Shown: piece after piece, positions 37,725-50,239 of the stretch
How the letters are laid out: each line of letters begins with the position of its first letter
Position numbering within the stretch: position 1 is the first letter of the stretch
From: Carcharhinus longimanus
Lineage: Eukaryota
Assembly (NCBI GenBank): GCA_030264375.1
Contig: JASCQW010000162.1
Location: forward strand, 46,875,544-46,939,543
Length of the DNA stretch: 64,000 bases
Direction of reading: 5' to 3'
Notes under the pieces: generated by a model
The model's database searches: none
What the model saw: the letters and a program-made list of their open reading frames with translations, nothing else
What the model was told of the DNA's origin: nothing
Made by a program: the position numbers and the translations under genes

Positions 37725-37851
37725 TAGATTTTTAATTCCAGATTTTTACTGGATTCAAATTTCACTGTCTGCCAGGGTAGGTCCCAAGAGCATTACCCTG
37801 AATCTCTGGATTACTGGTCTTGTGACAATACCTCTATACTACCTCCTCCCC
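37725..37851 (-). mobile_element. tRNA-derived SINE head (SacSINE1/Deu-type)
   Basis: Reverse complement 'ggggaggaggtagtatagaggtattgtcacaagaccagtaatccagagattcagggtaatgctc...aaaatctggaattaaaa'. Confidence 0.7.
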
Positions 37852-37859
37852 CTACTTAT

Positions 37860-38520
37860 GCAGCAGTACAACTATTTTTCATATCTTGGGAATCTCCTCC
37901 TGACAAAGGCAGACGTAGGTGATAAAGCTGATCATTGCGTCCAATGTGGCAGCTCAGACTTTGGCTGAATGAGAAAAAAGAGTGTATGAGAACCAGGTTC
38001 TCGAACCTGAGAATAAGATAATGGTTTACTGGGCAGCTGCATTCCGATATGCTTCAGAGATCTAAACAACCTATTGCAGACATCTCAAAACACTGAAGCG
38101 GGATCACCACTGGAAGAACCTTCAAAAGATGTTTTAAATTTAGTGGAAAGAAAGAGGGTCCAACAGCAAATCCCTCTTCCAATCCAACATGTCCAGCATT
38201 GAGATGCCAAAGATTCAAAACCAACTTCTCTGGGCTGGACATATCATTCATATGCCTAACACCACATTCGTGAAGCAACTACTCTACCTGGAATTCGGTC
38301 ATGTCAGGAGACACCCAGGAAGACAGGGAAAATTCTTTAGGGATGTTCTCAAAGCATCCCTGAAGAGATCAAACATCCCCATTGAATCATGGGAGTATCT
38401 GACCAACCAAAATGAAGCAGGTGCATACAGGAAGCCAGCAAACACAGAGATTGTGTCAAGAATGTCCAGAAGCCTAAGTTGAGGCATTGGAGCGAATACA
38501 CAAAACTTCAAATAATCCAT
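37860..38520 (+). mobile_element. RTE-clade LINE, RT C-terminal fragment
   Basis: YFSYLGNLL..ADVGDKADHCVQCGSSDFG and QLLWAGHIIHMPNTTFVKQLLYLEFGHVRRHPGRQGKFFRDVLKASLK match RTE/BovB-like motifs. Confidence 0.88.
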
Positions 38521-39071
38521 TTATCCAAACCAGATTTTATTATTTATAAGTTAAAATCCAAAGGGGAAAGTTCCAAAGGGGAAGATGATCAAATTCTACA
38601 CTGCAAATGTACCATCTAGTCACAATTAAAAAAAGTCCACTGTCCAGATATTCCTCTTGCAGACATTGGTATTTACGCAAAAAGCTTAACTCAACATAAT
38701 CAATTTAATCCCTGCTTCAAGTGGTCCATCCCCAGCTCCTGAAACATCATGACATCTATTAGTTCTGTTGAATAAAAAGTATCTTGCTAAATATCATGCG
38801 ATTAGATTTTACCTCCCTGGGTGAAAGCAGACGTTTGGTAAACAGCACTGGTTCTTCATTGTGTTTCAGAATCTTGCACGACTCAGTGATCCAGTTTGTC
38901 ATTATTTCCTCAGATTCTGGACTGATCATTCAATTAAACAAGAAAATACATTGTGTCATAACTGTTTTAATGACCATGATTAATGAACAAATTTTAAGTT
39001 TTAGAAGTATTCATAAGTTTCTAAGGTAGCCCAGTTGGCAATGGAACTGTTCAATATTAAGTGGAAAAATT

Positions 39072-39748
39072 AGGGCCAGAATTTACTGCAGGTACTGATA
39101 AAGTGGTAGGCACCATTCTTTTCACTTGTACTTTCCTTAACTAATTCCAATGAGATTTTCCACTGGAATGTCTTCCCAGTTGGAGATACACACAGTGCAA
39201 TGCCCGCTACAGGGCAACTGAGAACAGATGTCAAGAGGTCAAGCAACAGTGCATCTTCAAAACTAATCAGATTTAAGTATTGTCATGAACTGCCCAGAAT
39301 CTGAATCAGGTACATTAGAATAGTAAATTCAGTATTAAATCAGCTGCAAAATGTAAAATAAGGAGGGAAAGTAAGGTCTGATGAAGAGACAGAGAGAAGA
39401 GAGACAAAGAAAAACATCTCAAGACTTAAAATTTTAATTGTACAATGATTAAAAGGAATGGGACTCCATACTTGTAAACATAATTAGAGAATATTTGGCA
39501 AGGTTCATCACACCATTAAAAGATAACTTAGAGTGAATTGGACAAGTTGTAATTTTCAGTTGTGAGTTTACTTCTTAGCTATGGCATCGTTACAGGAGCT
39601 TCTCATCACTCAGTACATTTAAATGGGGAATAAGGCACTGAGCTGCTGTTTTTATACAGCACACAGAGGAGCAACACAATTTGTACTTTCAGATTTTCAC
39701 ATTTAATAACACATTTTTAATTGCCTGAACTTGCTGTTAGATTTATAC
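39072..39748. mobile_element. Old Harbinger-like non-autonomous element
   Basis: Begins 'gggccagaattt'; the interior is decayed and there is no clear right TIR. Confidence 0.35.
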
Positions 39749-40105
39749 ATAGAGACATACATAGAAAATAGTAGCAGGAATAGGCCATTTGGTCCTTGAA
39801 GCCTGCTCACCATTTATTATGATCATGGTAGATTATCAAATTCAATTGCCTGATCCCTCCTTCACCTGATATTCCTTGATCCCATCATTCCAAGAGCTAT
39901 ATCAAAATCCTTCTTGAAATCACACACCATTTTGGCCTCAACTACACTCTGTGGTAGTGAATCCCACAAATTAACAACATTCTGGGTGTTCTTACCTCAG
40001 TCCAAAAAGGTTTACCCCTTATCCTCAAATTATAACCCCTAGTTTTGGTCTCCACCACCATTCCAAACATTCTTTCTAAATCTACTCTGTCTAATCCTAT
40101 TTTAA
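39749..40105 (-). mobile_element. CR1-type LINE 3' end
   Basis: 'catagaaaatagtagcaggaataggccatttgg...gcctgctcaccatt...ttggcctcaactac...tctactctgtctaatcc'. Confidence 0.85.
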
Positions 40106-40836
40106 GTTTTCTTCATGTACATAATACAATATATAAAATAAATAATTATACTTTACATATTCAGATTCAAATATCCTTCATTCATCACACAATATTATGC
40201 CTACAAATTCAATACATTTGAAATGCTGCCACATTCAACATTTCTATAATATGATATAATATATAACACTCAATTTGGGAAGAGGAGTAATTATCTACAA
40301 TGAATTAAGTGTTTTGATCTAGAATTGGATTATAATTCAGACATATTTTCATATTCATTTCATGTTTGAAAGGAGTTTGTATTCAAATAATAAACAGTTA
40401 TAGTTGGTGAGTTAAAATACTTACTGGTCAGTTAGTTCATAACAAGAAAAGGGCGACTGATCTTCTAAGCTTGCTGAACAAGGAAGATGTCCAATGTTTT
40501 CTTGAAGGAAAGAGAATAAATTTTTATACAATGGTATAGACAAAATTATTTGTTAGTGCAATCAAATTCCTCTGATATAAACATTTATTAAGTGATGGTA
40601 AGAAACTGTGCTTAAGTGGAAAAATCTGGTTTCTATTGTAGTATTACAGTGTGGGTTTTTCTACTTCAAGTGAATAAAGCAAAGAAAGGTAAACGAAGAG
40701 TAACCATCAAGTCGGTCTATGGTCAATTAAATTAATGGCGAGCTTAGATCATCATTACAGCAATTATCTAGAAAAAAGTTCTCCTTAGAGAAAGTATTGC
40801 TGACAGGCTATTTGCAAGATGTTATACTCTGATGAT

Positions 40837-41164
40837 GCAAATACTAGTGAATCATCCAAATAATATGCAAATTCAAATTAAAACAAACTACCATTGCTAG
40901 AAAATACTGGAAAATCTCACCTGAAATTTTCCAGCATTTTCTGGTAATTAAGATAAAAGCAAAAGACTACAGACGCTGGAATCTGAAACAAAAACAGAAC
41001 TGGCTGGAAAATCTTGGCTGAGATTTTCCAGCATTTTCTGGCAATGATAATTTGTTTTAATTTGAATGTGCATATTATTCAGATGATTCACTAATATTTG
41101 CGAAGATTTTCCAGTCAGTTCTGTTTTTGTTTCAGATTCCAGCATCCGCAGTATCTTAATTACT
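40837..41164. repeat. Interleaved inverted duplication (A-B-A'-B') containing Penelope terminal sequence
   Basis: 40837-40919 is the reverse complement of 41019-41101, and 40943-41015 is the reverse complement of 41103-41164. B contains the PLE terminal motif 'gctggaatctgaaacaaaaacagaa'. Confidence 0.85.
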
Positions 41165-41586
41165 ATTGCAATGTGTTGTAGAGGAATTGTCTTCCATTGT
41201 AGAGGAACTGTCGGTAAACAGGAAATAACTTTTTTTAACCATTAGTCAGAGGGAACGAGAATAATAATTCACTGTTAAATGAGCAAACTAATTACTTCAA
41301 GAGAATGAGAAAATAATTGGGCTTCCAGGATTTCAAGTACTAAATAAGCATCTCCACTTAACTTCAATTGCTCTCTAGTGAAGTTATGATAAACATAATT
41401 TTCACTGTTTCTGTTGAGAAATTTGTTGAGGACCCAAAAAAGCCAGTATGTGCCAAAAGCGTTGATAAAACCTTCAACAGGTTTTAAACTGAGAATAAGA
41501 TGAATGTCATTGAAAAAAAACTGATATGCCCACTGACACCAAACCCAGTATGACCCAGGCATCGAGAATTTATCTTATTCGGGAAT

Positions 41587-41870
41587 GGCAGGGTGGCACA
41601 GTGGTTAGCATGCTGCCTCACAGCACCAGGGAACCAGGTTCAATTCCTGGCTTGGGTCACTGTGTGTGTGGAATCTACACGTTCTCCCCATGTCTATGTG
41701 GGTTTCCTCTGGGAGCTCCAGTTTCCTCCCACAATCCAAAAATTGTGCTGGTTAGGTGCACTGCCCATGCTAAATTCTCCCTCAGTGTGCCCGAACAATG
41801 CGGTGACGAAGAGATTTTCACAGTAACTTCACTGAAGTATTGATATAAGCCTGTTTGTGAATAAACTTTA
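41587..41870 (+). mobile_element. HE1-head SINE with alternative tail
   Basis: HE1 head and V-domain, then 'attttcacagtaacttcactgaagtattgatataagcc...aataaacttt'. Confidence 0.85.
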
Positions 41871-42060
41871 AATCGTAGAATTTTTCCTAATTTTAATATG
41901 ACCACTTTTTCCAAAAAAAAAGATCTATACACCATTTCTGTTGATGGTACTTAGACAGGTTACATTTCTTACTGTGTAAGAGACAAAGAGATACAGAGAC
42001 ATGCAGACAACACAAAATAGCATATTCAGTATTCAAAGAGGCCCATAAGAAACAGCACAA

Positions 42061-42194
42061 ACCAATGCTGATAGGTATGAGTCTTGTTCCATCCACTGTT
42101 ATTAGATATAGATCTTGTCCATCCAATGCTTAGACACGGGTATTGTCCATCTAGTGCTGTTAAGTATGGGTCTTGTCCATCCAATGCTGTCAGG
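42061..42194. repeat. Minisatellite, ~30-bp unit, ~4.5 copies
   Basis: Unit approximately ccaatgctgttaggtatgggtcttgtccat, in degenerate head-to-tail copies. Confidence 0.85.
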
Positions 42195-42254
42195 CCTATG
42201 ACTTAACCCCTCCCCTACCTCCTGACAGGTATTGGTAATTCGCCAGTGAACCAT

Positions 42255-42505
42255 CTGAACACAAGAATTAAGAGCATAAGGAGGCCATTCCACCCCACAT
42301 GCCTGCTCCACCATTCAGTTCGATCATGGCTGATCTGATTGTGGCCTCAACTGCACTTTCCAGTCTATCTCCCGCAACCCATTACTCCATTTTTCATCAA
42401 AAATGTACCTAACTCAGCCTTCAATATGTGCAATAATCATGACTCCACCATGCTGGGTAGGTGAATTGCACAGACCAAATAATCGTCAGAGAAAAAAAAT
42501 CTCCT
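42255..42505 (-). mobile_element. CR1-type LINE 3' end
   Basis: 'ggaggccattcc...gcctgctccaccattcagttcgatcatggctgatctgattgtggcctcaact'. Confidence 0.8.
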
Positions 42506-44789
42506 ATTCCTCCCTCCGATGCTTCCAAGTTCTGCCAGACCCAGCTTTGCCTTCCACAGTTCAAACCAGTCTCCACTTCCATAGCAATGTCAGGCCAAAG
42601 GAGCATTCCTTGCTGCAAAAGTTCCACAGCGCCTATCCAACACCATATACAGGAATGTCACTCAAGTTCTGCCAAGCCCTAAGACCAGTCTCTCTAGTTC
42701 TTGAAGGTAAGGATATACCAAATACAATCAAACCACAGGAGCGTCCCATGTGCAGCTAAATCCCATTCCCAACATTTTATATTACAAAATACAATGTCTT
42801 ATGTTTAAACCAACCATGGCCATGGTAGTTACACTAGGGCTGCAAACACCAGTGTTCTCTGGCACTTTTCTTGCCAGATTGCACACTGACACTTGGAGGG
42901 CACTCCTCACTTGCATATGGGCAGCAGCTCCCTGCTCCATTCTGGGCAAATCTGAGGCACCTACCATGACAAAAGATGGAAACTCTGGCACCAATTTCTT
43001 CAGAGCCTTAGGTTCCAATCTTGGTTTGACTGTCAGGTGAGATCTACCTGTACCCTTTTGGGGGCTGGTCAGCATGCTTTATCTGACTTGCTGCACTGGC
43101 CTGAATTTGTGTATCCCATTGCAAAGAAAACTGGAACTCAGTGCAGGAAATCACCATCAACAGTTCAGATGGTGACCCTGTTAACAGGGGCAAAAGCTAC
43201 ATCTGCAACAAGTGCCACTAGAAACTCTGGTGTAAGGCTCAGACATAGTATGTTCAGTTCCCAGCGGAGTTTCCAGGCATTTCATTGGACAACCAAAGCT
43301 ACTGTAATGACCACATCAATTTGAGTCTCACACATATATCTTCAATTCATGGAGCTTGTACACCATCATCCTATGTATTATTAGCTTTGAAGATGAAATA
43401 ATAAAGATAAAATAACAATATTAATATAGGTATATGTATGTACTTGAGACCATTCATTTCAGTTTTCATCAAATACAGAACAGGGTTGTAGAATTAAGAG
43501 TCCAAAATCCTGCAACGACAATAAGTAAAAATGGAATAACTTGTTCCTTCACTAAATAAAATAGCCAGACGTCATCCCCTGCATAGCAAGTGTTCTGAAA
43601 CACTGAGAAACAATACTGACATATTTGTTGATTTAAAGTTTACACTGAACAGAACAAATATGCAAATATTAAGCCACAAAAGACAGCATTGTGTCAGCAG
43701 TAAACTTTTAGATTGAATCAACAAACATCTTTTTCAGAACTATCTTCCAAAATGAGAAGTCACTTCTAAAATCCTAAACAAACCTCAAAAATAAACTTTA
43801 AGCAACAAGAAATTTCTAAATCACTATATTATTCCTGATTGGTTAAGAGTGACAGTTACAAGTGCAAGACACAGACTCAAAAGACTGAGGCCTGTGTCTT
43901 AATCTGAAGCAACAAAGGGAGCACACAGCCCCCAGTGCGATTGACTGTATGTTACGCTGCTAGGCAACCCACATATTCTGTCTCAATATTTTGTGGGGTC
44001 AAAATGTGCTTTTCCTATTTACCCAGACTGGTAGTCGAGCGATTTTTTTTTTCGTTGTTTGGCCACAGTGAGCCCAGAGACTTCCAGCACCATCATGGTG
44101 TACAAGAATGTTCAAACACTTGTTGAGGGAGTGCACAAGGTATCTGAGTGCTGGCTCTGAACTATCTTGCATATTCAGAACTATTCATCCGACAACACAC
44201 AGCACCATAGCAAATTAGGGATTCCCTATGTTATACTCTCAATTTACACGGAATTCCCTGAACAAAACATTGGAAAATTATGTGAGAGGTACAATGTTGA
44301 ATGATATCTGAAACATTGTGACCAGGAAGCCAGAAAATTAAGCAATCAGAGGAGATTTGAAACCTATGGTTGTGCTGAATTGTGTGAGTTAGCATTTAAT
44401 CATTTCAAATATCAATTCTTCTGTGAGAAAAGATCCATATAATTTAATACTTTCTGATGTATGGATATTTTACAAATTTATCAGGACACTGAGGGAAATT
44501 TCAAATGATTTTCACTCCAGGTAAAGCATTGTGAGATCAAGGGCTCGATTCACATGGTGTTAGCTCCAGGATGGGAGTTGCATTTGCTTACGCAATTTGT
44601 TATCAACCTGGTTGCCTCAGAAGGGCCAGCAGTGGTAAAATCACAGGTCACTGCAACCTGGAAAAAAAACATATGGAGTTGTGCCATTTCATTTTAAAAC
44701 ATCCTGTTAAAAGAGCCACACATTAAGCAGTGAGAAAGAGCAACAGTACTCAGCAGAGGATCTGCATTGGGCAATGAAGCAGAATCACT

Positions 44790-44965
44790 CTAAGAGGAGT
44801 TTCCAAGATTTTCTGATCCATCTATTGACATGTTGCTAACAGAAATCAAGAAGAAGAGGGTCAATTTCTTGAGGACTGAGAACAGGAAATCACATACAAA
44901 GTTTGCCTGCTATGAGAAGGTATACTCGTGGAAGGATAGGTGTTTCAGGGAGGCAGTACCTGCAA
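44790..44965 (+). pseudogene. Harbinger Myb/SANT-like exon remnant
   Basis: FPRFSDPSIDMLLTEIKKKRVNF matches the 'PRFSD..LE.L...V..RR..L' start of Myb_DNA-bind_5-type domains. Confidence 0.55.
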
Positions 44966-45004
44966 GCAGTGCATTATTCACTCTGTGTTTTATCTGGCCC
45001 TGAA

Positions 45005-45250
45005 CAGAGCTTCCATATCCTCTGCATTACGAAGACTGCCCAATTCCACCTCTATAACATCATCTGCCTCGGCCCCTGTTTCATTTCATCTGTTGCCAAA
45101 ACGCTTATTGATGTATTTGCCACCTCCAGATTTAACTATTACAATACCCTGGCTAATCTCTCTTCCTCCATGCTCCATACACTTCAATTGATCATATATC
45201 CATCTCTTATCCTGCACCAAATACCACTTATCCATCACCCCTGTGCCTAT
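45005..45250 (+). mobile_element. L2 LINE RT C-terminal fragment
   Basis: ITKTAQFHLYNIICLGPCFISSVAKTLIDVFATSRFNYYN (cf. L2 'AYFHLRNIARLRP.LS..AETLIHAFVTSRLDYCN'). Confidence 0.82.
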
Positions 45251-45936
45251 CTAAAGAATGGATCTGTTCCATCTCTTTATTTTTCAGTTTCTACAATGAA
45301 GTTTATAAAACATCAGATCTGTAAAAAAGCTTGTATTACTGCATGAATAACAAAGTTCATCTGAGGAAATGTGAAACAACCCTGTGGTAATGCAATTAAT
45401 GGATATTGCTATTTCCACAACTGAATACTTAATTGCTCTCTTGGTGGTTACGGACCTCAGGCTTGATTTTGAATGCTGCGAAAGTGAATAGGTTTTGAGT
45501 GAGTTAAAATTGGGCCCCAGGTCTTCATCCAGCAACTGGTATAATTTTGCTTTGGCTCCAGGGAAAAGCACAGTGCCCTGTGTCATTAATGGTCAGAGAA
45601 ATTCAAGTAGGACTTTCTAGATTGAGATACCCGAGAGAGTGAGTACTGACATGTAAGAAGCAGATGTTTTCTGTGATGTCTTATTCCAAAATCCCATATT
45701 TATTCTCTGTCATATCCTCCTCTTCATAACATAATCAGCCACCTCCTGCTCCTTAGTCCTATGTTCTTATTTCCTTAAGCTATTTTCCCAATTCACAAAT
45801 GTATTTTCTCAAGCAATATCCATCAGCAATTTCAAAGCAAAAACCAACAAAAGACCACTGTGAAGGCAAAGTTCCTTCATGCTTCATTCATAATATCCAA
45901 AGGGTTTCGTCAATGCAGGGGCCAGCTCCAGGTAGT

Positions 45937-46745
45937 CACATAAAAACATAAGATAGGAGCAGGGGAAGGCCATTTAGCCCTTCAAGCCTGCTCCGCCATT
46001 CATCATCATCCGACTCAATACTTAATCCTGCTTTCTCCCCATAATCTTTGATCTCATTTGGCCCAAGTGCTGTATCCAGCCGCCTCTTGAATACATTCAA
46101 AGTTTTAGCATCAACTACTTCTTGTGGTAATGAATTCCACAGGCTCATCACTCTTTGGGTCAAGAGACGTAACATAAGAACATAAGAACATAAGAAATAG
46201 GAGCAGGAGTAGGCCATCTAGCCCTTCGAGCCTGCCCCGCCATTCNNNNNNNNNNNNNNNNNNNNNNNNNNNNNNNNNNNNNNNNNNNNNNNNNNNNNNN
46301 NNNNNNNNNNNNNNNNNNNNNNNNNNNNNNNNNNNNNNNNNNNNNNNNNNNNNNNNNNNNNNNNNNNNNNNNNNNNNNNNNNNNNNNNNNNNNNNNNNNN
46401 NNNNNNNNNNNNNNNNNNNNNNNNNNNNNNNNNNNNNNNNNNNNNNNNNNNNNNNNNNNNNNNNNNNNNNNNNNNNNNNNNNNNNNNNNNNNNNNNNNNN
46501 NNNNNNNNNNNAAAACTGCACACAATACTCTAGGTGTGGCCTCACCAAGGCCCTGTATAATTGCAACAACACATCCCTGCTCCTGTACGCAAAGCCTCTT
46601 GCAGTGAAGACCAACACACAATTTGCCTTCTTTACTGCCTCCTGCACCTGTATGCTTACCTTCAGTGACTGGTGCACAAGGACACCCAGGTCCTGCTGAA
46701 TGCTCCCCTCTCCCAATTTACAATCACCTGCTGCTTATACAACCA
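45937..46745 (-). mobile_element. CR1-type LINE pieces: older 3' end (45937-46170), young tail (46171-46245), ORF2 part (46512-46745)
   Basis: TQRVMSLWNSLPQEVV; (aacataag)3 tail; QDLGVLVHQSLKVSIQVQEAVKKAN..LYRALVRPHLEYCVQF. Confidence 0.9.
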
Positions 46746-46873
46746 ATAAAATAGTGATAGTTCTCTCTGAGAGGTAAAGTTTGAAATAAAGGGTGGCCCA
46801 GCTGGAGTGTGGGAGATGGAGGGGGGGTGTGGGGATGATGTAGAAGTGTCAGCTATGCCCACCCACATATATG

Positions 46874-47165
46874 TGGCGACAGCACAGTAGCACAGTGGTT
46901 AGCACTGCCACTTCACAGCGCCAAGTACCCAGGTTCGATTCCTGACTTGGGTCACCGACTGTGTGGTGTTTGCATGTTCTCCCCGTGTCTGTGTGGGTTC
47001 CCTCTGGGTACTCTGGTTTCCTCCCACAGTCTGAAAGACATGCTGGTTTGGTGCATTGACCTGAACAAGCGCTGGACTGTGGCGATTAGGGGAATTTCAT
47101 AGTAACTTCATTGCAGTGTTAATGTAAGCCTGACTTACGACTAATAAATAAAACTTACTTTTATA
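46874..47165 (+). mobile_element. HE1-head SINE with alternative tail
   Basis: Head with B-box 'ggttcgattcc', V-domain, and tail 'gtaacttcattgcagtgttaatgtaagcc...ctaataaataaaact'. Confidence 0.88.
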
Positions 47166-50100
47166 TGTGGCACGGTGGACAACAAGAACAATGGACCAGC
47201 TTGTCAATTTACAGTTTTAGTCATCATTCTTTGAACATAGAGATTTTATGCTTTACAACCATGCAGAAACAAATAAGTTTTTTGAAAAATCCAGCATTAC
47301 TTACCAAGGTGCTGATACCAAACATCTTGCAATATTTAAATTTTAGAAAGTTTAAGATGTTGTTTATTGGGAAAAAAACTTATGTTTGAATAGTTTTGCT
47401 AGCTGTAATTACACTCAACGTAGAAACCGGAGTTAAACTATTCCACTGAACTAGTTTGACCACTGTAAATGTACTTGAATGTTAAGACCTAATGTGGAAC
47501 CATATCAAATTCCAAATCAGAAGCAGGAGTAACAGCATCAGCAAAAGAACCAGTGTCAAATTACATTTTGTATTTCATAACTTCATCAGCAGGGAACATG
47601 GGTGTCCCAATGGTGGCAGCAAATGGAGTAGGCTTGATCTTGCGTGTGACAGAAATGATATTGTTTTTGTCAGTTACTATTAGTGTAACAGGAGGGCGCT
47701 GGCTACTTCTTGTTCCTTCCTTCATTCGCTGAAAACACATCATACTGAAATTCAAGAATCATTAGTCAATTACAAATTCTAAGTGAATCAGAATTTGAAT
47801 AGCTGGTCATTTAAAAGAGTCTCCACTTGAGAATTATTTTCTCTTTGTTCAGGTGAGATGCCTCCCTGGGGAGGAAACAAAGTGAATTGGAATGTAAGCA
47901 CCTCGACCGAATGCATTATATTCTTTTAAAGGACTACTGGACTACTATGATAGAATTAGTAATACCGGAAATACATATCCAGTATATTTTAAATACAACT
48001 CTGCATATTAAATGGTTTAACAGCTTAATAATATTTGGCTATGAAACCTGTAATACCATTGCTCCAGTAATATCAATCTTTGCTTAAAATGTTCATTGAG
48101 TAGCATCCAATCAATTCAGTATCATATTTTTCTCAGTTATAATAAACAAGTTAACATATGAAAGAAAAATATGCCGATAGCTCCTCAGTTTTAAAGATTA
48201 ACAACATAGTGGTTATAATGCGCCAAAACTAGCTCATTAATTATTACCAACTACGCCTGACTCTTTTCTTATTGCAGGCATTAATAATAACAATCACAAT
48301 CTAATTTAGCACTAAATGTAATCACTCACTGAATGAAATGTTTTCGCTGAATTCAATTATAAAATCGAACAGAAATGTGTGAGGGGATATAATGTTTGTA
48401 GAGTTGATCAAGTGTGCGACCGAAATAAACAGTATATCATATCAAAGTACAGGGTATGCCCATAAATTTCAAGAAAATAGAAATGACCAATGGCAACTTA
48501 ATGCACAACTGTACACCTGAACGTATAATTACAATGGCTAAATTTAATTTTTAATCAAGAAATTATAGTAAGAAAATAAGCACAAAATATTCTGAGAAAG
48601 AAATGCACTTTTAATACTGAGAAGGAAATGAATCAATGAAGTTTTAAAACAGGTGGTAAAATTAAGGGGGTTTTGGAGGGTTACAAATTGCAGGATAAAA
48701 CTAACATAAGATTGACTTAATTGATCCAAACTGTCTTACAAAACAAGTGTATGTTATCCAGTGACTTGGAAACTATATCAGACATCAGATTTTTCCCCAC
48801 AAATAAAACTAATTATATGAGATAATTAATTTTACATTTATAACAAATGATGTCATAAGCCTGCTTCAGTGATGCTTGTTAAAGATGCTTGCTTAAGAAA
48901 AGAAAAACTGTCAAGTTACTTCAGCTACTATGTTCCTTTAACTGCAAATTGAAGTCTCAAAATATATTTGAGATATCTTTTTAGTCATTTTCTTTCTGAC
49001 TTACTTGCTTTTATTCAGACTTCCAAAAACATACAATAGTATATAAACAACTGGGACAGCACATCTCTTTATGCAGTTTTTATTAGATTCAGTGCTTTTT
49101 GTTCAAGACATTCTCAGAACTTCACTATGACAACATTAGATCAAACTGCTTTAGTTATACAATAGTAATGGCCTTGCTACACAGTCTCTTCTGCATAGTA
49201 TCTATTAAGAATGCAGTCTGCATTCAAGATAACTGTTAAAGTTTTCTGTATTTTTGCAACAATGGATGCCTAACTTACTTGAACAGCTCAAAGATATCAA
49301 CAGTGGCCTGACCTCAGATCACTGTCAAAAGAACAGAACTGAATAAAGTAGTAATACCATTTTAAAGGTTCTGCCAATGTTTTCCCTTAAGGGCTTCATA
49401 GATACTGATCTATTTTTTATTGCAACATGCATCCTTCAACCAACAGAGTTTTAGTTTTAGTGTTAGATACTAGGAAGGTAAGATCTTGAGAGAAGATTGC
49501 TGTCATACATTTAATATATCTTCCCTGTTCTCTCACTGGTTGATATTTATACTTTGTTTTATCTTTATATAACTTGTCCTTTTTCAAGTAAAAGAATGGA
49601 GCCTTCCTATTGGAATCAAAATGCACAAATACTGCATGATATCCTTCAGTTAGCAGAAGGACCTCAAAATTAACAGCTTGATCCATTCAAAGAAATGTAA
49701 NNNNNNNNNNNNNNNNNNNNNNNNNNNNNNNNNNNNNNNNNNNNNNNTTACAAGTGTATTCCAAACTCAATACTTTTCTGGATAATGCAATTGGGAAAAC
49801 ACAGACAAGTGATTCACAAATGGGTTGAAATCACATTATAACCTAAACAGTTTACAGTTGTATAAACTACACAAATCCTAAATCACGATTAGTAATAGTG
49901 CTCTGAACCTAATCATACAGTGATCAACACAGACACGTGGAAATCATTGCAAGCAACAAAACTGATGTCACGCAGCCATGCCGAGAAATTAAAAACTAAT
50001 TTTTAAAACTACTCCTCCCATGTGACAACTGTATGAAAAGTTTGGTTGCAATTTAATAGAAGCCACTGAACTCTCATTTTACACTAAGTTCACTATTTCC

Positions 50101-50239
50101 TCAAAGAGGTCCAATACGTTTACCAGACTGGACCTCACACTGAGAAAACCATGCCAACATCTTTGTTGGTCGTATTGTCACAGTTCTTCAATGTTCCCTC
50201 CATCAAAATGCCTTCCAATAAGCTTCTGACCATACAGCT

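Noticed and set aside
42061-42194. CRISPR-like periodic repeat
   Set aside because: Head-to-tail degenerate units without unique spacers, no cas genes, and a vertebrate context.
42880-42920. HLEGTPHLHM as a CRESS-virus Rep motif II
   Set aside because: Flanked by stops, with no correctly spaced motif I/III or Walker A; likely chance.
47853-47893. Possible micro-exon (ttgttcag|...|gtaagc)
   Set aside because: Splice-like signals only, 41 bp, with no recognisable peptide or partner exons.
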